Part shown: one piece after another, positions 1-9,781 of the stretch
Position numbering within the stretch: position 1 is the stretch's first letter
Layout: every line of letters begins with the position of its first letter
Source of the DNA: Myxococcota bacterium
GTDB taxonomy: Bacteria > Myxococcota_A > UBA796 > UBA2385
Reading direction: 5' to 3'
Length of the DNA stretch: 64,000 nt
Assembly (NCBI GenBank): GCA_044344255.1
Contig: JBIJDH010000022.1
Span: 64,001-128,000 of the forward strand
Program-made: the position numbers and the translations under genes
Notes under the pieces: model-generated
What the model was told of the DNA's origin: nothing
Database searches by the model: none
The model's input: the letters and a program-made list of their open reading frames with translations, nothing else

Positions 1-2
1 AG

Positions 3-242
3 ACGGGCGGCACCGCGCTCGAGGCCAGCGACAAGAGCCACGAGGGCGCCGCCGGGGCCATCCTCTGCGCCGACTGCCACGGCGCCGGCCCGAACCGCGC
101 CCACAGCTTCGAGGCCACGCGCGACAACTGCGTCCTCTGCCACCAGGAGTCCCAGGCCCACGCGGGCGGCGCCGCCAGCCTCGACTGCCGGGACTGCCAC
201 CTGTCCGGCTTCCTCGCGCCTGCGGAGACCGCGGCGCGCTGA
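3..242 (+). CDS. multiheme cytochrome c, 3' part (5' end outside window)
   Basis: Manual translation of frame 3: ...ILCADCHG...NCVLCHQ...LDCRDCHL...AAR*. Three CxxCH heme motifs; TGA at 240-242. Not in the ORF track. Confidence 0.85.
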   Translation, partial: TGGTALEASDKSHEGAAGAILCADCHGAGPNRAHSFEATRDNCVLCHQESQAHAGGAASLDCRDCHLSGFLAPAETAAR

Positions 243-710
243 GAACATCCACGACGTGCAGCTCGTCGGTGAAGCCGGGTCCGTTGTCGTTGACGTGCGA
301 TCCGAGGGCCGGTATATACTGGTAAGCTCATCCACTAGGCGTGGAAGGAGTCACGAGTCCGCCCCCAAAGGGCGTTCTCAGCTTTTTCGGGACTGGCCGG
401 AAGCGACGAGGCCGCTACAGTCTCCGCGCCTTTTGAGTTGTTGTCGCACTCATTTTTGTGATTCGGACCTGAGACTCACACCAGCCACCAAGCGCTCCGG
501 TATCGCAGAGCAGTCCATCTCAGTCCGAGCTCCCTACCGCAAGCGGGGGCTCCCGAGATCCTCCGACACGGGCCACTACTCCCATTCGCCCAAGTAGAAG
601 TCGGGCAGCAGCTCCCGGATATCGAACCTGTTGCTCGAGATGGCCCGTGTAGGGCTCCGACCAGTCTTGCGCATCAAGCCTCCACATTCTGATGGTCCCC
701 TCCCCACACA

Positions 711-1340
711 TGCCGAGCCACCCGCGAGGGGTCCGCGTGGCGGCGCCTCCGGGTCGCCTTCGGGCTCAGCTCGGCGGCCGCCTGCGATCGACGCCCCCGC
801 GGCGAGGGGCCCGAGGCATCCGACGCCCCCGCGGAGCACCCCGACCCGAGCGACATGGACGACGACTGGCTCTTCGCCCCCCTCCGCGTCAATCGGATCG
901 ACCTCCGCGCGCTCTCCGAGCGGGTAGACATGCGCCGCCTCCACGCCACGCTGGCGGCCGAGTGGTACCTCGGAAACGCCGACGGGTGCGGATCGTTCTC
1001 CAACAACTACCGCCTCTACCTCCCGCCCGACGGGCCGGCGGTGCTCGCCCCCTGGGACATGGGCTCCGCCTTCCCCGAAGCGGGGCGGGACGAGGCGCTG
1101 TGGGTCGAGCCCGCCGGGAACCTCGCGGCCCTCTGCTTCGCCGATCCCGACTGCCTCCGCGAGCAGGAGGCGCGGCGGGGAGGGCTCGAGGAGACCGTCC
1201 AGCAGGCCGGCCTCGCCGAGGGCGCGGCGGCGGTCCGGGCGCGGATCCGCACCGCGGCCGAGCGAGACCCCTGGGGCGCCTGCGACCCCGACGCGGTCCA
1301 GTCGGCCCAAGCGCGGGTCCTCGAATGGTTCGACGGCTGA
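711..1340 (+). pseudogene. degenerate CotH-kinase-family lipoprotein (internal deletion, no in-frame start for signal peptide)
   Basis: Frame of ORF 855..1340 extends upstream into a signal with lipobox (WRRLRVAFGLSSAAAC). An N-terminal-type WLFAPLRVNRIDL segment abuts C-terminal CotH motifs GNADG..NNYRLY..PWDMG. ATG at 710 is one base out of frame. Confidence 0.55.
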
Positions 1341-1375
1341 GCGCTCGGCGGGCCGCTGTTTGAGGGTGTGAGGCT

Positions 1376-4156
1376 GTGCGAAGATGCTTCGATGCCCCCG
1401 AACCGCCGCCCCCACGACGCTCCGAGCCCCGAGACTCGAGCGCCGGCGCCACGAGCACCCCGACGGATCTCGGGTCTCCGCCGACGGAGGCCTGGGGGAG
1501 GGCCGCGCTGACCACCGAGATCCGGTGGAGCCGTCGCCAGCCAAGGTCGGCGGGGCTGGAAGACCGGTCGGAAGAGAGCTGGGGCTCCATCCTGGAGGAG
1601 AGCTCGCTCGTCGGCGTGTCGGCCATCGACACACTGGCTCCCGAGGCGCCGCAAGCCATCCCCCTGGGGGCCAGGCCTGGCCTCCCCCCGAACAAGCGAT
1701 CGGCGGGCGGCGCAGCCTCATCGATGGCGGATCGGTATGAAGACCACGGTCTGGTGGGCATGGGTGGCATGGGGGAGGTGCGGCGAGTCTACGACCCGTC
1801 GCTCGAACGCATGATCGCCATGAAGCTCATCCGGCGAGACCGACAACGGGATCCTCAGCAGCTTCGGCGCTTCGCCCAAGAGGCCGTGGCCACGGCGCAG
1901 CTCGCTCACCCGGGGATCGTCCCCGTTTACGAACAGGGGGTCACGGAAGATGGTCGCCCCTGGTTCACGATGCAAGAGGTCCGAGGCGAGACGCTCTCCG
2001 CGTTGATCACCCAGCTTCACTCCACCGCCAGCGCCCGCTCGCAGGGACGCCGCCCGCCGCCGCCGGGCTTCCGGCGCCTTGTCGCCGACATCGAGCGCGC
2101 CGCGCGCACCGTCTCCTTCGCACACAGCATCGGTGTGGTCCATCAGGACCTCAAGCCGGCGAACCTCCTGGTCGGCGACCACGGCGAAGTCATGGTCGTA
2201 GATTGGGGCCTCGCGCGCGCCGCGGGAGACGGGCACGGCGGAGTGCAGGGCACGCCCAGCTACATGGCCCCAGAGCAGGCCCGGGGCGCCGCCGTAGACC
2301 CCAAGACGGACGTCTACGGGCTCGGGCTCCTGCTGTGGGAGCTGTGCGCCGGCCACCCCCCTTTCCCCGGCGTTCGAGTCGAAGACGTGCTGGAGCTGCT
2401 CCGGAGGGGGGAGGTGCCCGCTCCGCCGCTCGGCCCATGGCTGATCCCCGAAGATCTCGTGACGACGATGCGAGAGGCCACAGCCACCGATCCCGCCCGG
2501 CGTCCCCGCGACGGCGCAGCCTTCGCCGACCGCCTCCGCGCATGGTTGGACGGCGAGACCGCCCGCGAGCGGGCGCGGGCCCTCGTCGAGGCTGCGATAG
2601 CGATTGGCGAGAGCGTCCGCGACCTGCGTCGACGCGCGGAGCAGCTCCGACAAGATGCCCAGCGCCGGCTGTCCGCCAGCCAGCCCTGGGAACCTGAGTC
2701 CACCCGGGCGGATGCCTGGGAAGTGGAGGATCGAGCAAACGACCTCAGTCGCCAGGTCGCAGTGGCAGAGCGCGAGGTCGAAGCCAAACTGGAGGCCGCG
2801 CTGATCCATGACCCGGACGCCCTCGACGCACACCTCCTCCTCGCCCGACGCCTCCGCTCCCAGCAGGACGGGGCTGAGCAGGAGGGCCAACCTGAGCGCG
2901 CGGCCGCTCTGGAGCTCCGCCTGCGGCGGCACCTCAACGCGCTTCCCCCCGAGCACCCGGAGCGGGTCCAGGCGGAGTCCTGGCTCCAGGGAGACGGTTG
3001 GTTGAGCCTGCTCACCGAGCCGCCCGACGCGACTGTGGAGCTGTCTACATTCGCCCTCGCCCGGCGACGCCTCTTCCCGTCGGATGGACGTCAAATCGGC
3101 ACCTCGCCGCTCGACAAGGAGCGCTTGCCGCAAGGGAGCTGGCTCCTGACCCTGCGAGCCCCGGGCAGGGTCCCGGTGAACTACCCTGTGTTCATTCGAC
3201 GACAGGCCCATTGGGACGGCCGCCACCCCGGGAGGCCTCAGGCGGAGCCCATCTACCTCCCTCGAGAGGGTGAGATCGGGCCGGACGACTGCTACGTGCC
3301 GGCTGGTTGGACCGAGCTGGGCGGTGACCCACTCGCCCCCTCCAGCTTGCCGGCCTGCCGTGTGTGGGTGGAAGGCTTCGTGATGCGACGGTTTCCGGTC
3401 ACCAACCGAGAGTACATAGAGTTCCTCAATTATCTGGTGGTGACAGGCGAGGGCGAACAGGCTGAACGGTACGCGCCACGCAGCCGCGGTGGGAGCGTCG
3501 ATGCGTGGGGAGAGCACTACTTTGGGAGGTCGAAGGACGGGACCTTCTACCTCCAGACTGACGCGGACGGAGTGACCTGGCACCCTGACTGGCCCGTGAT
3601 CATGGTGGACCACGTGGCTGCCTGGGCCTACGCCCGCTGGGTGTCGAGTCGGACAGGAAGGCCGTGGCGCCTGCCCGTCGAGGAGGAGTGGGAGAAGGCG
3701 GCCCGCGGGGTCGACCGACGTGCATGCCCCTGGGGCGACTTCGCGGACCCCACCTGGAGCAACAACCGGCGCGCCTGGCCTGGCGTCGGAAAGATGGAGG
3801 CGGTGGGCACCAGACCAAGCGACCGCAGTCTCTACGGAGTTCAGGACCTCTCCGGCAATGTGGTGGAGTGGACGGCCAGCCGAATGAGCCACACCGGGAA
3901 CACTCCCGACGGCAGCGTCGTCGAGGTCCTGGACGGCCGAAACGAGTCAGAGCAGGCTTGGCTCGGCCGATCGGCCACCTGGCGGGTGGTGGGCAAGGGG
4001 GCGTCTCGCCTACACGATCTCGCCACGGTGCGCTCGGCGTTCCGATTGGCGATGGAGCCGTGGACCAGAGCCTCGAACGTAGGAATTCGCCTGGTCTTCT
4101 CTCTGGGTTCGACCGCCCAGGCTGCGGCCATCCGCACCCCGACTCTCTCGGCCTGA
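1376..4156 (+). CDS. Ser/Thr protein kinase with C-terminal FGE-sulfatase (SUMF1-like) domain
   Basis: GMGGMGEV, HQDLKPANL, DWGLA, GTPSYMAPE kinase motifs; RFPVTN, RLPVEEEWEKAARG, DLSGNVVEW, GIRL FGE motifs. Start uncertain (alternative ATG 1724). Confidence 0.9.
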   Translation: MRRCFDAPEPPPPRRSEPRDSSAGATSTPTDLGSPPTEAWGRAALTTEIRWSRRQPRSAGLEDRSEESWGSILEESSLVGVSAIDTLAPEAPQAIPLGARPGLPPNKRSAGGAASSMADRYEDHGLVGMGGMGEVRRVYDPSLERMIAMKLIRRDRQRDPQQLRRFAQEAVATAQLAHPGIVPVYEQGVTEDGRPWFTMQEVRGETLSALITQLHSTASARSQGRRPPPPGFRRLVADIERAARTVSFAHSIGVVHQDLKPANLLVGDHGEVMVVDWGLARAAGDGHGGVQGTPSYMAPEQARGAAVDPKTDVYGLGLLLWELCAGHPPFPGVRVEDVLELLRRGEVPAPPLGPWLIPEDLVTTMREATATDPARRPRDGAAFADRLRAWLDGETARERARALVEAAIAIGESVRDLRRRAEQLRQDAQRRLSASQPWEPESTRADAWEVEDRANDLSRQVAVAEREVEAKLEAALIHDPDALDAHLLLARRLRSQQDGAEQEGQPERAAALELRLRRHLNALPPEHPERVQAESWLQGDGWLSLLTEPPDATVELSTFALARRRLFPSDGRQIGTSPLDKERLPQGSWLLTLRAPGRVPVNYPVFIRRQAHWDGRHPGRPQAEPIYLPREGEIGPDDCYVPAGWTELGGDPLAPSSLPACRVWVEGFVMRRFPVTNREYIEFLNYLVVTGEGEQAERYAPRSRGGSVDAWGEHYFGRSKDGTFYLQTDADGVTWHPDWPVIMVDHVAAWAYARWVSSRTGRPWRLPVEEEWEKAARGVDRRACPWGDFADPTWSNNRRAWPGVGKMEAVGTRPSDRSLYGVQDLSGNVVEWTASRMSHTGNTPDGSVVEVLDGRNESEQAWLGRSATWRVVGKGASRLHDLATVRSAFRLAMEPWTRASNVGIRLVFSLGSTAQAAAIRTPTLSA

Positions 4157-4280
4157 GGCGCTCGACGCGCGGCTGAGCGCCACCCCGCCCACCGCCCGCC
4201 CGCCCCGACCGCCGTCTCGCCGACACCACCCCGCCCCCGGGGTAGAGGGCCGGCTCCCCGCCGTGCAGGAAGGTCCGCCC

Positions 4281-5480
4281 ATGCGCTCTCCGCTCCGCAT
4301 CCTCGCCGGACTGTTCGTCGGCGCGCTCCTCGGCGCCTTCGTGGCGCCGCAGGCCCCCTGGCTGGTCGACTACGTGGCCAAGCCCGTGGGCGGGCTCTTC
4401 CTCCGTCTGCTGCTCGTGCTCGTGATGCCGCTGGCGGCGGCGGCGCTCGTGCTCGGGGTGACCGAGCTGCGCGGCGGCGGGCTCGCGGGGGTGGCTGGGC
4501 GGGCCTTCGGCTGGACGCTGCTGCTCACCGTCATCGGCGTGATGGTGGGCGTGACGCTCACCACCGTCGTGGCTCCCGGCGAGGGGGTGGACCGCGCCGC
4601 CCTGCCGGCCGGGGAGGCCCCCGCCGCCTACGCCGGCAACCCGGTGGACGCCTTCGTGGCGATGGTGCCCGACAACGTCATCGCCGCCGCCAGCCGGGGT
4701 GAGCTGCTCGGCGTGCTCTTCACGGCCCTGCTCTTCGGCCTCGCCCTGCGCGCCCTCGACACCCCCGCCACGCGGGCGCTGCGAGAGGGCATCCAGGGCT
4801 TCTTCGAGGTCTGCGCCAAGGGCATCGAGATGGTGATGGTGCTGGCACCCGTGGGCGTGGGCGGCCTCATCTGCACCTGGGTGGCCAAGACGGGCCTCGC
4901 CGGCCTCCTCCCGCTCGCCCAGTTCGCGGGCGTCGTGGTGGGCTCCATCCTCTTTCAGGGGGTGGTGGTCTATGGCCTGGCCTTACGCTCCGCCGGCTGG
5001 AGCCCGCTGGCCTTCTTCCGCGCGGTGGAGCCCGCCCTGGCGATGGCCTTCTCGACGGCCTCCTCGGCGGCCACCTTGCCCACCACGCTGCGGGTGGCCG
5101 AAGAGGGGCTCCAGCTCCCCTCCGAGCGCGCCCGCTTCGTGCTCACGGTGGGGGCCTCGGCCAACCAGAACGGCACGGCCCTCTTCGAGGGGGTGGCGGT
5201 GCTCTTCCTCGCCCAGCTCTATGGGGTGGAGCTCTCGCTCCCACACCAGGCCTTCATCGTCGGGGTCTCGATCCTCGCCGGGATCGGGACTGCGGGGGTG
5301 CCCGGGGCCTCGCTCCCCGTGATCGCCGCCCTGGCGAGCGCGGTGGGGGTGCCGCCGGAGTCGGTGGGGGTGCTCGTGGGCATCGACCGGCTGCTCGACA
5401 TGTGCCGCACCACGCTGAACGTGGCCGGTGACCTCGTCATCGCCGCGCTGGTGAGCCCGAGGCCCGCACCGGCGGCCTGA
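4281..5480 (+). CDS. dicarboxylate/amino acid:cation symporter (DAACS/SDF family)
   Basis: Multi-TM protein with FSTASSAATLP, NQNGTAL and DRLLDMCRTTLNV.GD motifs. Confidence 0.92.
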   Translation: MRSPLRILAGLFVGALLGAFVAPQAPWLVDYVAKPVGGLFLRLLLVLVMPLAAAALVLGVTELRGGGLAGVAGRAFGWTLLLTVIGVMVGVTLTTVVAPGEGVDRAALPAGEAPAAYAGNPVDAFVAMVPDNVIAAASRGELLGVLFTALLFGLALRALDTPATRALREGIQGFFEVCAKGIEMVMVLAPVGVGGLICTWVAKTGLAGLLPLAQFAGVVVGSILFQGVVVYGLALRSAGWSPLAFFRAVEPALAMAFSTASSAATLPTTLRVAEEGLQLPSERARFVLTVGASANQNGTALFEGVAVLFLAQLYGVELSLPHQAFIVGVSILAGIGTAGVPGASLPVIAALASAVGVPPESVGVLVGIDRLLDMCRTTLNVAGDLVIAALVSPRPAPAA

Positions 5481-5501
5481 GCCGGGCCGCCCCGCGCACC
5501 C

Positions 5502-6950
5502 TCACCAGCCCTCGAGGCCCGGCACCGCGATGTCGTCCACCCCGAGGGCGTGGGCCTCGCGGATTCCGGACATCATCGCGGCGTGGACGTTGCCATAGTA
5601 GTCAAAGACCGTGGCCTCCCCCGCGAAGCGGAGGCGCTCCCCCTCGGGCTCGCCGAGGGCGTCGAGGTCATCGTCGGTGGCGCCCACGGGGAGGAAGCTG
5701 TAGCTGCCGCCGGCGTAGGGGTCGGTCGTCCAGTGGGTGACGGCGGTGGCGGAGGGCGCGGGGATGTCCTCGCCGGTGGCCTGGGCGAGATCAGCGAGGA
5801 GGCCGTCCACCAGCGCCTCATCGGTCCAGCTACCCTGCACCTCGCGGGCGAAGCGGCCGCCGTAGAGCGCCACCATCGCGGGGCCCCCTGCGCCCTCGGA
5901 GAGGTCATAGACCTCGGGGAAGCGGCCGCTCGCGTCCTCGTCGATCATCTCGATCCCGCCGGACCACCAGGGCTCATCCCAACGGAGGACGACCTTCTCG
6001 AGGTTGCCCATGTCCACGCGCGCGATGGCCGACTGTTTACGCGCAGAGAGGGCGGGGTCGAAGCGGATGGCCCCCCGGCGGAGCACGCCCACCGGCACCG
6101 TGACCACGACGTGGCTGCCGGTGAAGACCTCGCCTGCGGCGACGACCTCCACGCCCTCATCGGTGACGGTGACGTCGGTCACGGGGTGCGAGAGCAGGGG
6201 CTCGAGCCCCTCCGCGAGGGCATCCACCATGCCGCCGTAGCCGCCGGTGGGGAAGTGATCTCCCCCCTTGAGGCCCCGCTCCTGCCAGAGCATCTCGAGG
6301 GACTGTTCATCCATGGGGCCCGAGTACTCGAGCTCGACGAACCACTGGTCGATCGCGAAGGTCGCGAGGCGGGCCTCCTGGCCGCTGAGGCCCTCGTCGT
6401 CGATGAAGGCGTCGCGCGCGTCTTCGGCGGTGGCGCGGTCGCCGAGCGCGCTCCGGAGCGCGGGGAGGGAGTCCCCAAAGTCCTCATAGTACGCGTCGAG
6501 CGAGTCCCACGCGCTGTCGCCGAGGCGGGTGTCGTTGGCCTCGTCGTAGACGTGGCTCCAGGAGGTGTGGTCCCGCTCGTAGCCGAGCTTGTTGCCGTCC
6601 ATGAAGTCGGCGACGGGGTTGTCCTCGATCCCGTGCAGCCAGGCCCCGCCGAGATCCAGGGGCGCCCCGCCCACGGACTCCGTGGAGACCCGACCGCCGA
6701 TTCGATCTCGCGCCTCGAGGACGGTGACCTCCACGCCCGCATCGTGGAGGATCCGCGCCACGGTCAGCCCCGAGACGCCAGCGCCGACGACGATCACGTG
6801 GGTGTCGGGATCTCCAGCCGGCTTGGACCCGCCGGACCGAGCCCCATCCTTGCAGCCGAACCCCGTACAGAGGACGAGCAGGCCGCCCAACCCGGGGACG
6901 GTCGCGGTGAAGCCCCTTCGATGGAGCGAGGGCAAAGAGAGGGAAGTCAA
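5502..6950 (-). CDS. flavin-dependent amine oxidase, probable Tat-exported lipoprotein
   Basis: VGAGVSGL, LEARDRIGGR, DLGGAWLHG, GSYS, FAGEAT, VHAAMMSG; N-terminal HRRGF followed by GFGC lipobox. Confidence 0.88.
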   Translation of the reverse strand: MTSLSLPSLHRRGFTATVPGLGGLLVLCTGFGCKDGARSGGSKPAGDPDTHVIVVGAGVSGLTVARILHDAGVEVTVLEARDRIGGRVSTESVGGAPLDLGGAWLHGIEDNPVADFMDGNKLGYERDHTSWSHVYDEANDTRLGDSAWDSLDAYYEDFGDSLPALRSALGDRATAEDARDAFIDDEGLSGQEARLATFAIDQWFVELEYSGPMDEQSLEMLWQERGLKGGDHFPTGGYGGMVDALAEGLEPLLSHPVTDVTVTDEGVEVVAAGEVFTGSHVVVTVPVGVLRRGAIRFDPALSARKQSAIARVDMGNLEKVVLRWDEPWWSGGIEMIDEDASGRFPEVYDLSEGAGGPAMVALYGGRFAREVQGSWTDEALVDGLLADLAQATGEDIPAPSATAVTHWTTDPYAGGSYSFLPVGATDDDLDALGEPEGERLRFAGEATVFDYYGNVHAAMMSGIREAHALGVDDIAVPGLEGW

Positions 6951-6974
6951 GCGTTGTGCCTCAATGTGTATCTC

Positions 6975-7493
6975 TCAAGAGGTATAATGGACGATCTCCC
7001 CATCGAGCTGCTGCAGGTTCTGGATCAGCCACTCGCGATCGGAGGCGTCGGCGACGGGCTCGGCGAGCTTACGGGCCGCCCGGAGGTGGTGCTGGAGGAG
7101 GGTGTCCTCTCCGGCCAGCCGCGCCGCCCTCGCCAGGGCCTCGTGGCTGAAACCCCCATAAAAGGGACCGATCTCGCGATGTTCCTCGTAGATCTTCAGC
7201 GAACGGAGCCCGTAGATTCGCGCCAGGTCGGGCGCTCCAATCACGGCGTAGACCCGCGACAACATCCAATCGGCCACGTTCATCTGCGTGGGCCCTGCAT
7301 GGCCGCCGAGGCGGATCACCTCGCCCCAGTGAAAGGCGGAGGCGTGGGCGCGGCTCAGGAGCTGCGCGTGCTGCTCCTCGCTGAGCTCCCGCTTGTCGAG
7401 CAGCTCCCAACAGCTGTTGTAGAGCTTCGCCGCGAGGATCCGGTGTTGAGCGGCCTCGACTGACTGGGGCAGATCCGGAGGCGGTGTGGGCAT
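6975..7493 (-). CDS. conserved hypothetical helical protein
   Basis: LYNSCWELL..AHASAFHW..WMLSRVYA..HEALARA pattern with normal protein composition; ATG at 7493. Confidence 0.7.
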   Translation of the reverse strand: MPTPPPDLPQSVEAAQHRILAAKLYNSCWELLDKRELSEEQHAQLLSRAHASAFHWGEVIRLGGHAGPTQMNVADWMLSRVYAVIGAPDLARIYGLRSLKIYEEHREIGPFYGGFSHEALARAARLAGEDTLLQHHLRAARKLAEPVADASDREWLIQNLQQLDGEIVHYTS

Positions 7494-7623
7494 GGTGGCT
7501 CCCTGGTTCTCCCCATCCTGAACCCGTCCCGCTTCCGCGGACAAGGCCCCCCCCTTCAGAAGGTCGCCGAGCCCCTTCGGCGAAGCCGCTGCGAGCACCC
7601 ACTCCAGTAGGACCTGAAGCGTA

Positions 7624-7655
7624 CCATTGACTCGTCAATGGAGACCCCTTAGACT
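7624..7655 (+). promoter_or_regulatory. sigma70-type promoter with overlapping palindromic operator
   Basis: TTGACT(7627-7632)-N17-TAGACT(7650-7655); perfect inverted repeat CCATTGAC-TC-GTCAATGG at 7624-7641. Confidence 0.6.
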
Positions 7656-7712
7656 CTTAGCAGCCCACCGCCTGCCCGGCGCCACCCCCGGGCCCCTGCC
7701 GCGGAGTCTCCG

Positions 7713-8207
7713 ATGTCCCTCCCAGCGCTCTCCCTCGTCCCCGATGGCGCCTCCTCCGCCCACTCTCCCGGGCCGGCCGGGCCGCGCGCGCCGATCGTGG
7801 AGGTCTCTGAGTTCTCCGACGACCTGCCCACCGACCACAGCACGGGCCACCCAACCCTCCAGGCTCGCGAGCGCAGCGACGACGATCCGACCGACCTCGG
7901 TGGGATCGACCAGCACATCGCGCTCGAGCCCGAAGAGCTGGTCATCATGCGCGAGGAGGTCGTCCGCCTCCGCCGCGCCCTCATCCAGACGGCCAACGAG
8001 ATCGAGGCCAGCCTGAACGAGATCGCCCACGCCCACGACCTCCGGCGGAAGGCCGAAGAAGAGGCGATGCTCGCGAAGCGGCGAGCCGACGCCGCCGAGG
8101 ACCGCACCCGCTCCCTCGAGCTCCGCGTCACAGCCCTCCACTCCTACGCGCAGTCATCCTGGTACAATCGCCTCTTTGGTCGCCCCTCGCTGCCCGAGAC
8201 CACCTGA
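7713..8207 (+). CDS. hypothetical coiled-coil protein
   Basis: Acidic N-terminus, heptad-rich helix, amphipathic SWYNRLFG C-terminus; GC3-rich codons. Confidence 0.7.
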   Translation: MSLPALSLVPDGASSAHSPGPAGPRAPIVEVSEFSDDLPTDHSTGHPTLQARERSDDDPTDLGGIDQHIALEPEELVIMREEVVRLRRALIQTANEIEASLNEIAHAHDLRRKAEEEAMLAKRRADAAEDRTRSLELRVTALHSYAQSSWYNRLFGRPSLPETT

Positions 8208-8243
8208 GGCGTTCGCCCGGGCTCAGTATGTACTCGCCCGACC

Positions 8244-9671
8244 TCAGTAGCCACCCGCCTTCTTGAGCTTCCGCCACAGCGTCGTGCGATCAATGCCGAG
8301 GATCCGCGCGGCCCCGGCCACATTGCCGTCGCTCTTGTCCATCGCCTTACGAATGGCGGCCTCTTCGAGCTTGGCGAGCGAGGGGTGAACGGGCTCCCGC
8401 GTGGCCACCTGGGGCAGCCCAAGGTGCTCCGGGCGGAGGGCTTGGCCGGCGGGCACGCGGATCCACGCGAGGCGGAGCACATTCTCGAGCTCCCGCACGT
8501 TGCCTCGCCACTCCCGGTCGACGAGCGCGGCGACGGCCTCGGCGCTCAGCCCCGCCGTCTGTTTCTCTCGGCCCCGCCGCGCCGACTCGGCGGCGAAGCG
8601 GGCGAGGAAGTGCTCGGCGAGCAGCGGGATGTCGTCCGGTCGGTCGCGGAGGGGCGGCACGGGGACGCGGACCCCCGCGAGGCGGTAGTAGAGGTCCTCG
8701 CGGAAGTGGCCGGCGGCCACGTCGTCGTCGATGTCACGGTTGGTGGCGGCGAGGATTCGCACATCGACGCGGCGGGGGCGGTCCTCCCCGACGCGCTGGA
8801 TCTCGCCTTGCTGCAGCACCCGGAGGAGCTTGACCTGGAGCTGCAGCGGCAGCTCGCCGACCTCGTCGAGCAGCAGGGTACCGGTGTCAGCCTCCTCAAA
8901 GCAGCCCCGCCGGTCCTGGCTGGCCCCTGTGAAGGCCCCCTTCTTGTGGCCGAAGAGCTCGCTCTCGATGAGGGAGGGGCTGAGCGCCCCACAATTGACC
9001 TTGATGTAGGGCTTCCCCATGCGGTCGCTCAGGTACTGCAGCGCGTCGGCGAAGCGCTCCTTGCCCACCCCGGACTCGCCGATGATCAGCACCGGAACAT
9101 CGTGTGGGGCCACCTGCTCCACGAGCTCGTAGAGGCCTTGCATGGGCGCCGAGCGGCCGATGATCTCGTGGAGGGAGCGGCGCTCGTGCAGGGCGGCGGT
9201 CAGCGCCACGGTCTCGGTGAGATCTCGGAAGAGCTCGATGCCAGCGAGGGCCCGACCGTCCCGCGCGCGGAGCACCAGCATGCGGGTGTCGGCCTGAACG
9301 AGGCGCGCCCCGCTGCGCCCTCGGTAGGTGACCGCGTGCCCCCCCGCGCCCCCGCGCCCCCCCTCGAGGAGGGCCGTGAGCGGGCAGGCGAGCGAACAGT
9401 CGGGGGCGTTCAAGGCCTCTCGACACAAGCAGTCGAGCGCCTCGTCGGGACCGTAGCCGAGCAGCTCCCGCGCCCGCCGGTTCATCTGCACGACCCGCCG
9501 CGTGCCGGCCTCGATCACCACCGCGCCGTCCGAGACGTGGTGGAGGAGCGCGCGGACGAGCGGGTTCGACAAGGCGAGATCGAGCTCGTCCACGTCGAGC
9601 AGGATGTCGCTCGATCGAGGCGCGTCCAGCGCCGCTGGGTCGATCGACGCGGGGTTGACGGACTTCGGCAC
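8244..9671 (-). CDS. PAS-domain sigma54-dependent enhancer-binding protein (Fis-type HTH)
   Basis: GESGVGKE, ESELFGHKKGAFTGA, LLDEVGE, FREDLYYRL, GNVRELEN, AARILGIDRTTLWRKLK; N-terminal PAS-like region with Cys cluster. Start estimated at GTG 9671. Confidence 0.92.
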   Translation of the reverse strand: MPKSVNPASIDPAALDAPRSSDILLDVDELDLALSNPLVRALLHHVSDGAVVIEAGTRRVVQMNRRARELLGYGPDEALDCLCREALNAPDCSLACPLTALLEGGRGGAGGHAVTYRGRSGARLVQADTRMLVLRARDGRALAGIELFRDLTETVALTAALHERRSLHEIIGRSAPMQGLYELVEQVAPHDVPVLIIGESGVGKERFADALQYLSDRMGKPYIKVNCGALSPSLIESELFGHKKGAFTGASQDRRGCFEEADTGTLLLDEVGELPLQLQVKLLRVLQQGEIQRVGEDRPRRVDVRILAATNRDIDDDVAAGHFREDLYYRLAGVRVPVPPLRDRPDDIPLLAEHFLARFAAESARRGREKQTAGLSAEAVAALVDREWRGNVRELENVLRLAWIRVPAGQALRPEHLGLPQVATREPVHPSLAKLEEAAIRKAMDKSDGNVAGAARILGIDRTTLWRKLKKAGGY

Positions 9672-9744
9672 GCGCGCTCCTCGGGCCCCCTCGGACGCCC
9701 GCCCCCTCAGTCTAGGCGGGCAGGCGACCGATCGCAATGACATT

Positions 9745-9761
9745 TGTTGCACTTTGCAACA
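9745..9761. promoter_or_regulatory. palindromic regulator binding site (candidate EBP site)
   Basis: Perfect inverted repeat TGTTGCA-CTT-TGCAACA between the divergent EBP and hydrolase genes. Confidence 0.65.
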
Positions 9762-9781
9762 GAACCGGGTGATGGTAGGGA

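Noticed and set aside
1376..4156. FGE/C-lectin-fold C-termini (also 30628-32478) as diversity-generating retroelement targets
   Set aside because: No reverse transcriptase or template repeat seen in the window; kinase-FGE fusions are common in myxobacteria.
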